Origin: Vicinamibacterales bacterium
Lineage (GTDB): Bacteria; Acidobacteriota; Vicinamibacteria; Vicinamibacterales; UBA8438
Assembly (NCBI GenBank): GCA_029940535.1
Contig: JAPYUM010000001.1
Span: forward strand, 3,480 to 67,479
DNA: 64,000 nucleotides
Direction: 5' to 3'
Positions 39,109-47,366 of the stretch are shown here, piece by piece. The first letter of the stretch is position 1. The number at the start of each line of letters is the position of its first letter. The notes below the pieces were generated by a model, which worked only from the letters and a program-made list of their open reading frames with translations, was not told where the DNA came from and ran no database searches. The position numbers and the translations under genes were made by a program.

Positions 39109-40191
39109 TCACCGCACGCCGATGGACTTCAGGGCTCGGCGGGCCTCTTTCTCGGTCACGTCGTCCACGATGACCGTATCGCCCAGGCCACGCGGCAGCA
39201 CCATGTGCAACCGTCCGGCGACGACCTTCTTGTCACGTCGCATCGCGTCGAGCACCTCGGCCGCCGGCAGGTCGGTCACTTGTGGAAGTGGACCCATGCG
39301 TCCGATCAACTCGACCAGGGCGGCATGGTCGCTCTTGTCGATGAGGCCGCGCTCAACCCCAAGATTCGCCGCGACAAGCATCCCGTACGCGACTGCCTCA
39401 CCGTGGCGCAGTCGCCGGTACCGAGTTACCGCCTCCAGCGCGTGCCCTGCCGTGTGTCCGTAGTTCAGGACCCGTCGCCGGTCTCCCTCTCGCTCGTCGG
39501 CGGCCACGACCTCTGCCTTGATGCGGCACGAATCGGCGACGATCGCGGTCATGATCTCGGGCTCGCGCGCGAAAATGCGCGGCAGGTCGGTGACAATGCG
39601 TTCAAAGAGTGGCCGGCTGGCGATGACGCCGTACTTGACCACTTCGTAGAGCCCCGCCCGCAGTTCCCGCCGGGGCAGGGTATCGAGCAATCGCGGGTCG
39701 GCGATGACCGCCACCGGTGGATGGAACGCGCCGATCAGGTTCTTGCCCCGCGCATGGTTGACCCCGACTTTCCCCCCGACCGAACTGTCCACCTGTGCCA
39801 GCAAGGTGGTGGGCACCTGCACGAGGTCGACCCCGCGCAGGTAGGAAGCCGCGGCAAAACCGACGGTGTCGCCGATGACCCCACCTCCGACCGCGATGAC
39901 CGTGGACGATCGATCGGCGCCACTCTCAATCAACCAGTCGTAGATGCGACCGAGCGTTTGGTGGTTCTTGGCGCGTTCGCCGTCAGGCACCAGGAGATGC
40001 TCGACCCCCGGAAGCCCCGCCGCCACCGTCTCTCCGTGGTGTTTCCAAACGTTAGGACTGGCAACAACGAACCGGCGTTCGCCGACGCCGGTCTCGGCGA
40101 GCCACCGTGCCATGTCACCGGCCAGGCCCGGGGAAACAAGAACCGGGTAGGTGTGACTCGCGCTGTCAACGTCTATCCGTATGGGTTGCAT
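39109..40191 (-). CDS. aroB: 3-dehydroquinate synthase
   Basis: 360 aa with GGGVIGDTVGFAAASYLRGV, VPTTLLAQVDSSVGGKVGVN and HGEAVAYGM. Confidence 0.95.
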   Translation of the reverse strand: MQPIRIDVDSASHTYPVLVSPGLAGDMARWLAETGVGERRFVVASPNVWKHHGETVAAGLPGVEHLLVPDGERAKNHQTLGRIYDWLIESGADRSSTVIAVGGGVIGDTVGFAAASYLRGVDLVQVPTTLLAQVDSSVGGKVGVNHARGKNLIGAFHPPVAVIADPRLLDTLPRRELRAGLYEVVKYGVIASRPLFERIVTDLPRIFAREPEIMTAIVADSCRIKAEVVAADEREGDRRRVLNYGHTAGHALEAVTRYRRLRHGEAVAYGMLVAANLGVERGLIDKSDHAALVELIGRMGPLPQVTDLPAAEVLDAMRRDKKVVAGRLHMVLPRGLGDTVIVDDVTEKEARRALKSIGVR

Positions 40192-40345
40192 GGGATGTCG
40201 TTTGCAGGGACGTGTGCCGGAGCGTGATCGAGGCGGTCGGCGGCGCGGTAGACGGCGCCTTCAGACCGCTGGAGCGGCCGGCGTCCCGTGGGTCGCTCAA
40301 GCCGAATGGTAGGATAACAGCAATTTTTCGGTCGGAGGACCCTCA

Positions 40346-41800
40346 TTGATGTCGGACAAGGCCGCGGCGTTCGTCAAGGAAATCACCCCCAGGTCGCAAG
40401 ACTTCCCTCGCTGGTACACCGACGTCATCCGCCGCGCCGAGCTGGCCGACTACTCGCCGGTCAAAGGCTGCATGGTCATCCGGCCGTATGGGTATGCCAT
40501 CTGGGAGCTGATGCAACAGGCGCTTGACCGTCGTATCAAAGAGACCGGTCACGTCAACGCCTGTTTCCCGCTGTTGATCCCGGAAAGCCTGCTCCAGAAG
40601 GAGGCTGCCCATGTCGAGGGCTTCGCGCCCCAGGTGGCGTGGGTGACCCACGGTGGCGAGGAACAGCTCGAGGAACGGCTCGTGGTTCGCCCGACCTCCG
40701 AGGCGATCGTTGGCACCATGTACTCGAAGTGGATCCAGTCGTGGCGCGACCTGCCGGTCCTGATCAATCAGTGGGCGAACGTCGTCCGATGGGAGAAAGT
40801 GACCCGGCTGTTTCTGCGCACCACAGAATTCTTGTGGCAAGAGGGGCACACCGTACACGAGACCGAGGCCGAGGCGCAGGAGGAGACGATGAAGATGCTC
40901 GGCGTCTACAAGGACTTCGCCGAGGTGGAGCTGGCGATGCCGGTGCTCGAGGGTGAAAAGACCGAGAGCGAGCGATTCGCTGGCGCCGAAAAGACCTACT
41001 CCATCGAGGCGCTGATGGGCGATGGCCGCGCGTTGCAGGCGGGCACGTCGCACAATCTTGGCCAGAACTTCGCCAAGGTGTTCGATATCACGTTCCAGGG
41101 GCGCGACAAGACGGTGCAGTACGGGTGGCAGACCTCGTGGGGGGTCAGTACTAGACTCATCGGTGGCGTCATCATGACCCACGGCGACGACAGTGGTCTG
41201 ATCTTGCCTCCCCGCATCGCCCCGTATCAGGTCGTCATCGTGCCGATCCCTCGCGGCGACTGGCGTGAAACCGTGTTGCCCCATGCTGAGCGGATCAAGA
41301 CGGAACTCGAGCGCGTCGGCGTTCGCGTCATGCTCGATGACCGTGAAGAGCACTCGCCCGGCTGGAAATACTCGGAGTGGGAGATGCGGGGCGTCCCGCT
41401 CCGCCTCGAGATTGGGCCCCGCGACATCAAGAGCGAACAGGTCATGCTCGTTCGCCGCGACACTCGTGAGAAGGCACCCACGCCGATGGCGGGCCTGGCC
41501 GGGCAGGTTGACGAGCTGCTGACGATCATTCAGCAGGCGCTGCTCGACCGCGCTACGGCGTTCCGCGACGAACACACGCTGAGGACGACGGACCGCGCCG
41601 AGTTCGATAGCAGCCTTGAAGGCCGTCCCGGCTACGTTGTCGCTCCCTGGTGCGGCTCGGCGGAATGCGAGGCCCAGGTCAAAACGGCTACCCAGGCGAC
41701 AATCAGAAATATCCCACTCGATCCGCCCGCGGCGTCCGGCAACTGCATCCAGTGCGGCCAACCCGGCAAGGTCGACGCCTACTTCGCCAAGTCCTACTAG
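40346..41800 (+). CDS. proS: Prolyl-tRNA synthetase, archaeal/eukaryote-like type (no INS domain, C-terminal Tyr)
   Basis: 484 aa with class II motifs and a C-terminal zinc-type domain (CGSAECE...CIQCG). Ends in ...AKSY. Confidence 0.95.
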   Translation: MMSDKAAAFVKEITPRSQDFPRWYTDVIRRAELADYSPVKGCMVIRPYGYAIWELMQQALDRRIKETGHVNACFPLLIPESLLQKEAAHVEGFAPQVAWVTHGGEEQLEERLVVRPTSEAIVGTMYSKWIQSWRDLPVLINQWANVVRWEKVTRLFLRTTEFLWQEGHTVHETEAEAQEETMKMLGVYKDFAEVELAMPVLEGEKTESERFAGAEKTYSIEALMGDGRALQAGTSHNLGQNFAKVFDITFQGRDKTVQYGWQTSWGVSTRLIGGVIMTHGDDSGLILPPRIAPYQVVIVPIPRGDWRETVLPHAERIKTELERVGVRVMLDDREEHSPGWKYSEWEMRGVPLRLEIGPRDIKSEQVMLVRRDTREKAPTPMAGLAGQVDELLTIIQQALLDRATAFRDEHTLRTTDRAEFDSSLEGRPGYVVAPWCGSAECEAQVKTATQATIRNIPLDPPAASGNCIQCGQPGKVDAYFAKSY

Positions 41801-41910
41801 GTTTTCCGACGAGGCGTCTGTCTGGCGGTGTTGCTTCGTCGGTCACAGGCCGCCTGCATGCTCCCTCCTTGCGCCTAGCCAGACAGACGCCTCGTCGGAA
41901 AACCCCCTAG
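41798..41910. repeat. Palindromic REP/MITE-like element, full copy C (perfect 27-bp arms)
   Basis: 41800-41826 ggttttccgacgaggcgtctgtctggc is the exact reverse complement of 41878-41904. CTAG is present at both outer edges. The element starts on the proS TAG. Confidence 0.85.
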
Positions 41911-42046
41911 TGCGTGCGAGGGGGGAAGCGTCCGCCTTTGGCGTCGCTTGCTCCTCTGTGAGTTTTTTCTAACGGACCCGGGACGCTCAGGCCATGAACT
42001 GCGGATCTGGGTTCTGCCTTGGATCTTGTCGGGCCGAGAGAGGACA

Positions 42047-42086
42047 GGGAGACGGCGGCCGGCTGAATGCTCGGCCGCCGTCCCTC
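42047..42086 (-). terminator. GC-rich hairpin downstream of the ompA-like gene
   Basis: gacggcggccg (42051-42061) pairs with cggccgccgtc (42072-42082), 11 nt past the stop. No clear U tract. Confidence 0.35.
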
Positions 42087-42096
42087 GAGAGCCGAA

Positions 42097-43749
42097 CTAC
42101 TGAAGGCGCACGACGAGCGCGGCGCGGCGGTTGAGCCGGCGCGTTTCCTCGCGGGCGTTGTCGTGCATCGGGCGCTCTTCACCAAAGGTGACGGGTTGCA
42201 GCCGGTTGGCGCTGATGCCGCGGCTGGTCATGTAGTCGCGCACCGAGTTGGCGCGCCGTTCCCCGAGCGCCTGATTGTATTCAGAAGTGCCGATGTTGCA
42301 CGTATGCCCCTCGAGCGTGAGACTCAACGAGTCGTCTTCGTTCATCGCCGCGATGGCCTCGTCGAGAATCCTCACCGCGCCCGGGCGCAGCGTGTAACGG
42401 TCGAAGTCGAAATGGACGTCCTCGAATGAGTACTCGCGTGCCGGCGGCGCCGGGGGCGATACCACCCGAATCGTGGTCGTATCGGACGCGGTCCCACCGC
42501 GACCGTCGTCGACCGTGACCGTAACCGGGACCGGACCGTCCGCGTCAGGTGCGGTCCAGGTGCTCGTCATCTGGTTGCTCGGGCTGAGCGTGCCGGTGGG
42601 GGTGGCCCAACGATAGCTCAGCGTGTCGCCGTCCGGGTCGCTCGCTCGGGCGGTGACCGTGGAGGTTTCGCCCGGGGCCACCTCACATGGATCACACATA
42701 GCCTCCACGGTGGGCGGACGGTTGACCGGGGGATCGGCGGCTGGCCTCGGGGCCGGCTGCGCCGGCGGCGCCACGTATCGGCTTACGCCCGGGTGATACC
42801 CAACCCTGACCTGGAGTCCCAAGATGTTGCCGGTGCCGCCAAACATGCCGCGGTCCTGGTTGATGGCGTAGCTGACCCCGGTTCCGATGAACATGCCGCG
42901 GGGCGACTGCCACTGCACACCAACCGACACGTCGAGAGGAACGGTGATTGGCGAGCGCAGCGCCGACAGCGTGCCGTCGACACCCGTCAGCGGCGAGGAC
43001 AGCGAGACCTCGTCGTTGATCGGCACTTCGGTACGAAACTCGGTGATCACGCGGATCGGGCTGTTAGTCGGGAACCCGACGCCAGCACCCCAACGGACAC
43101 TGTCAGTCACGTTGATGCCGTCCGGCGAGCCGCGATACAGCACGCCACCAAAAACGGAGACTTCCGCACGTCCTCCGATGTGCTTACTGAGGATGAGGTC
43201 GATCGACGCGTCCGGCTTGCCGCTGCTCTTCCCGGCGTCCGTGTCGCCGGTTGGCACTTTGAACGTGCCTCGAAGCGCGAAGGCGAGCGGCGCCCGTTTG
43301 CCTTCTGATAGCAGGTTGTACTTGGCCCCGATAATCAGGTCCCCGATGTGGTCGTCGTTCCAGAAATCGGTCACGAGCGGGAAGTCGTTCTGCACGCCGC
43401 CGTTGACCGGATCGCTCGGGTCGAACAGCGGCCGCGTGGCGCGCCTGATACGTGTGTCGGCTCGCAATGACCCGAAAATTTCGGCCCGGTCGCCAACACC
43501 GACGCCAAACGTGCCGATGAAGTGGCTGATGTCAGTGAGCCCTTGCGCACGGTCGATGTTGGCGCGGTAGCCGCTGACAGACCATTTGCCGTTCGGTAGC
43601 ACTTCACCAGTCGGCACGAACCACAGCCCGGTGTCTCCCAGCCAGGTCGTGTTGGCCGGTCGGGTCTCGGAATCTTGCGCTGACGCCATACCGACGGCGA
43701 GAAGACAGAGGCAGGCGGTCAGGGCGGCTGGGGCAAGAGATCGTTTCAT
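42097..43749 (-). CDS. OmpA-family outer-membrane protein with internal PKD/Ig-like module
   Basis: Start at M10 (MKRSLAPAALTACLCLLAVGMASAQ). It has an N-terminal barrel, a PKD-like segment (DPDGDTLSYRW...VTVTVDDGRGG) and a C-terminal OmpA domain (GHTCNIGTSEYNQALGERRA). Confidence 0.85.
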   Translation of the reverse strand: MKRSLAPAALTACLCLLAVGMASAQDSETRPANTTWLGDTGLWFVPTGEVLPNGKWSVSGYRANIDRAQGLTDISHFIGTFGVGVGDRAEIFGSLRADTRIRRATRPLFDPSDPVNGGVQNDFPLVTDFWNDDHIGDLIIGAKYNLLSEGKRAPLAFALRGTFKVPTGDTDAGKSSGKPDASIDLILSKHIGGRAEVSVFGGVLYRGSPDGINVTDSVRWGAGVGFPTNSPIRVITEFRTEVPINDEVSLSSPLTGVDGTLSALRSPITVPLDVSVGVQWQSPRGMFIGTGVSYAINQDRGMFGGTGNILGLQVRVGYHPGVSRYVAPPAQPAPRPAADPPVNRPPTVEAMCDPCEVAPGETSTVTARASDPDGDTLSYRWATPTGTLSPSNQMTSTWTAPDADGPVPVTVTVDDGRGGTASDTTTIRVVSPPAPPAREYSFEDVHFDFDRYTLRPGAVRILDEAIAAMNEDDSLSLTLEGHTCNIGTSEYNQALGERRANSVRDYMTSRGISANRLQPVTFGEERPMHDNAREETRRLNRRAALVVRLQ

Positions 43750-43892
43750 TGCGGATCTACCCTCCAAAACACACACGACGCGACAGATCTGCGTCCGCAG
43801 GATGATACGGCCGGGTCTCCACCGAAGTCAATGGATACGGGCCTGAAGTGTCTGATTTCGAACGAGATGGACGCTCGTTCGGTGCGCGACCA

Positions 43893-43939
43893 GACCGACG
43901 AAGCAACGCCGCCAGGCGGACGGATCGCCAGGAAACCTA
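43893..43939. repeat. Half copy E of the REP/MITE-like element (reverse orientation)
   Basis: The reverse complement reads TAG gtttcctggcgatccgtccgcctggcggcgttgcttcgtcggtc and starts on the tatC stop codon. Confidence 0.7.
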
Positions 43940-44755
43940 CGTGTCTTCTGACTGTCGTCGTGGTGCCACAGCCCAGGCAATGATGATACTCAGACCGTAG
44001 AGTACCACCATCGGGGCCGCCATCAGTGTCAGCGTGGCCGGGTCACCGGTCGGAGTGAGCACGGCCGCGACGACAAAAATAATCAAAATCGCGTATTTCG
44101 TGTTCCGTATCAAGAATCTGGCGTTGACCAACCCGACGCGTGCGGTGAAGAACACCAGGGTCGGCATCTGAAAGACGACCCCACAGGCCAGGACGAGTCT
44201 GATATACAGCGAGAACGTCGGTGCGATTCGCGGAGTGAACGTCATCAGATCGGTTGAGAACCCGCCAAGAAATTCCCACGCAACTGGGAACAAGAAGTAG
44301 TGCGCGAAGAGGCACCCGCCCACGAAGAAGAAGGTCGACATGGTGACAAACGGGATCGCGAACTTCTTCTCATGTCCATACAAGCCGGGAGCCACAAACC
44401 GCCAGAATTGCAGGAGCACGACCGGCATCGCCAGGATCAGGCCGACCACCGCGGCCACCTTGATGTACAGAAAGAACGCTTCCGTCGGTTCGGTATAGAT
44501 GAAACCGGTATCTGGATCCGGCAGGAGCGCGACCAGCGGCTCCATGACAAACCGGACCATCGGTTGGATGAATGCGAATGCCAGCAGGAATCCGACCAGC
44601 ACGGAACTGACCGCGACCACCAGCCGTTTCCGGAGCTCGTCGAGATGGTCGAGGAAGGACATCCGGCCGCCGGAGCCGTCGTCGTCGCTTTCCTCGAGTG
44701 GCTCGTCGATCGGTTCTTCGTGATCGGGATCGCTGGGGGCTGGGAGGACGGGCAT
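43937..44755 (-). CDS. tatC: Twin-arginine translocase subunit TatC
   Basis: 272 aa with 6 TM helices. SFLDHLDELRKRL is the canonical TatC N-terminal motif. Confidence 0.93.
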   Translation of the reverse strand: MPVLPAPSDPDHEEPIDEPLEESDDDGSGGRMSFLDHLDELRKRLVVAVSSVLVGFLLAFAFIQPMVRFVMEPLVALLPDPDTGFIYTEPTEAFFLYIKVAAVVGLILAMPVVLLQFWRFVAPGLYGHEKKFAIPFVTMSTFFFVGGCLFAHYFLFPVAWEFLGGFSTDLMTFTPRIAPTFSLYIRLVLACGVVFQMPTLVFFTARVGLVNARFLIRNTKYAILIIFVVAAVLTPTGDPATLTLMAAPMVVLYGLSIIIAWAVAPRRQSEDT

Positions 44756-44921
44756 ATCTACTCAGCGGGTCAAGCTGGTGCATCAGTCGCTTCTGCAGAC
44801 CAGCACTCGTAGGGCGGTGCATGGGGGATCTGTTCGCGATCCACCGCTTACCGAGCCCGGCCGACAGCACCGGGCACTGCCGAGCTGGGGGACCGGCTGC
44901 GTGGTCAGCGTCCCGTCAACC

Positions 44922-45209
44922 CTAGACGTTACCCGCCTGGTCCTGATGCGGGTCGTCGTGCTGCTGTGAGTCGTCAACGGGCGGGGCCGGAGCGGGCGTC
45001 GGCGCCGGTGTGGTCGGCTCGCGGTGAACCTGCTCCTCCACATGAATCTCTTCTTCGAGGGTGTTACGCAGATCGTTCGACGCGCGCTTGAACTCGCCCA
45101 GGCTCTTCCCCAGCGACCGGCCAAGTTCGGGCAGCTTGCGGGGGCCGAACACGACCAACGCGATCACAAAGATGATGAGCAACTCCGACATCCCGATCGA
45201 ACCAAACAT
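44922..45209 (-). CDS. tatA: Twin-arginine translocase subunit TatA/E
   Basis: Start at internal ATG 45209. MFGSIGMSELLIIFVIALVVFGPRKLPELGRSLGKSLGEFK is a canonical TatA. Confidence 0.88.
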   Translation of the reverse strand: MFGSIGMSELLIIFVIALVVFGPRKLPELGRSLGKSLGEFKRASNDLRNTLEEEIHVEEQVHREPTTPAPTPAPAPPVDDSQQHDDPHQDQAGNV

Positions 45210-45592
45210 GATCGCGGCTCCTTCAATGCCTGTTGTGCGTCCGCTCGCTGCTTGTCGCGCGCCACGCACCCAGTCACCGTCACAGTGGGCGAGACGGTTG
45301 CGAGCCAGGGTGTTCCAGACTCGTCACGACCCGCACGCTCATTATAGAAACCTGCGGACCAGTCGGTCAAGCGATCGGCGTCGGCTGGTTCCAAGTAACT
45401 AATTGTAACTAAAGATGTTAGCCTTGTTGTCGAGTGCCGACTGAGAGGTCGGCTGCGGGCCACGCACCTGGTCCGTGTGGTGCATGGCGTCGAGAACGTG
45501 GCTGGTCGCGCCCGGCCTACTGCCGCCGCCCGGCTGGTCAGAGGCCTGATCTTTGTCGGTACGCGACCGACATTTCTGGTACCATCGAACGT

Positions 45593-47224
45593 ATGAACGG
45601 CATGCGCGGATACCGGGCTCTGACGATGGCGGTGGTGGTCGTGATCACCTCGGCCGTGCTGGGCGGACTGTTTGGTGGTCGTGTGCTTGCGGGGCAGGAC
45701 AACCTCAGCCTGCACTACGAATCGTTCACTATGGCGCTGGCCGCGGTCGAAGACACCTACGTCGGCGAGGCCGATTCCGAACAGCTCGTGTATCGCGCCA
45801 TCGGCGGGATGTTGCAGACACTTGATCCGCATTCCAACTTCATGGACCCGCGGTCCTATGCGCAGCTCCGGGAGCGACAGGAAGGCCGGTACTACGGGTT
45901 AGGTATCTCCATCAACGTTATCGACGGCGGCATCACCGTCATGAACATTTTCGAGGGATCGCCGGCCTTCCGCCGGGGGTTGCGACGCGGCGACGTCATC
46001 GCGCGAATCGCCGGCACCGATGCGATGGGGATCACGAGCGACGAGGCCGTCAAGCAGCTTCGGGGGCCGAAGGGCAGCACCGTCCAGATTTCGATTCAAC
46101 GCTACGGCTACGAAGGCCTGATCGACCTCGAGGTCGAGCGTGACGAAATCTCGATTCAGACCGTGCAGGGCTCCTTTATGGTCGACGAGACTGTTGGCTA
46201 CGTGCGTCTCCAGGATTTCTCGGAAACCAGTTCGAGCGAGCTCAGATCGGCGCTTGCGAAGCTAGACGACCTCGGGATGGAGCAGCTCGTGCTGGACATC
46301 CGTGGGAATCCGGGGGGGCCGCTGGACCAAGCCATTCGTGTCTCGAACGAGTTCCTGCCGAAGGGTGATTTGATCGTCTATACCCGCGGGCGGATACAGA
46401 ACTCGGACCAGGACTATCACGCGCGCGACGACGGCGACCATATCGACGTGCCACTGATTGTGTTGGTGAATCGCAACAGTGCGAGCGCGTCCGAGATCGT
46501 GTCGGGTGCCATCCAGGACCACGACCGCGGTCTGGTGGTGGGCGAGACGACGTTCGGCAAGGCGCTGGTGCAGTCTGTCTACCGGGTGAGCCAGGAGGCG
46601 GGGCTGGCGTTGACGACCGCGCGGTACTACACGCCCAGCGGACGGATGATCCAGCGGCCGTGGGATGAGGTCTTCGACGAATACTTGACCTATTCGTTCC
46701 GCGACCAGGAGCCGGCCGAGCATGCCATCAGCGAGCGACGGTTTACAGACAGCGGTCGCGAAGTGTTCGGGGGGGGTGGGGTCGAGCCGGACCATTTCAT
46801 GGCCGGTCCGATCGAAGGCTTCGATCCCGCGGCGTTTGGCCGACTGCTTGCGGCCCGTCAGGAGTTCGCAGCTTTTGCCGAGCGGTTCTCCGCCGAGGGC
46901 GATACACGGATTCAAAAGCGGTCGGAGGGACGGATCCGCGTGTCCCGGGGATTCGAAGTCGATGACGCGCTGGTGGCCGAGTTCCGAGATCACCTCGAGT
47001 CTCGCGGTCTGACGATCGACGACGAGGCGTTCGCGGCCGAAGACACGTTCATTCGCGCCATGATGCACTATGAGATCGACCTCGCGTTGTTCAGCGTCGA
47101 AGAGGCTAGACGCAACCTGACCGCGAGCGATCCGCAGGCGCAGTTCGCCATCACCCTGTTCCCGGAGGCGGAGCGTCTGCTCGGAGTGTCGCGCGGCGCG
47201 GGGGCCGTCGCGGCGGATCAGTAG
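45593..47224 (+). CDS. S41-family carboxyl-terminal processing protease (PDZ-containing) with C-terminal extension
   Basis: Start at ATG 45593 (MNGMRGYRALTMAVVVV signal/anchor). PDZ (GLGISINVIDGGITVMNIFEGSPA) and the S41 catalytic region (NRNSASASEI...TFGKA) are present. Confidence 0.88.
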   Translation: MNGMRGYRALTMAVVVVITSAVLGGLFGGRVLAGQDNLSLHYESFTMALAAVEDTYVGEADSEQLVYRAIGGMLQTLDPHSNFMDPRSYAQLRERQEGRYYGLGISINVIDGGITVMNIFEGSPAFRRGLRRGDVIARIAGTDAMGITSDEAVKQLRGPKGSTVQISIQRYGYEGLIDLEVERDEISIQTVQGSFMVDETVGYVRLQDFSETSSSELRSALAKLDDLGMEQLVLDIRGNPGGPLDQAIRVSNEFLPKGDLIVYTRGRIQNSDQDYHARDDGDHIDVPLIVLVNRNSASASEIVSGAIQDHDRGLVVGETTFGKALVQSVYRVSQEAGLALTTARYYTPSGRMIQRPWDEVFDEYLTYSFRDQEPAEHAISERRFTDSGREVFGGGGVEPDHFMAGPIEGFDPAAFGRLLAARQEFAAFAERFSAEGDTRIQKRSEGRIRVSRGFEVDDALVAEFRDHLESRGLTIDDEAFAAEDTFIRAMMHYEIDLALFSVEEARRNLTASDPQAQFAITLFPEAERLLGVSRGAGAVAADQ

Positions 47225-47366
47225 GAACCCTCCCCGTGCGTCGGCTCGTGCCTGTCCCGATTGCTCCACGTGTTTCCGGCCGCCACGCCGGTGAGGCCGC
47301 ATTCCAGGTCGTGCGGCGGTTGTCCTGAGCGCCGCGCCTCGAAAAAGCCACTGAGACATCACGCCG

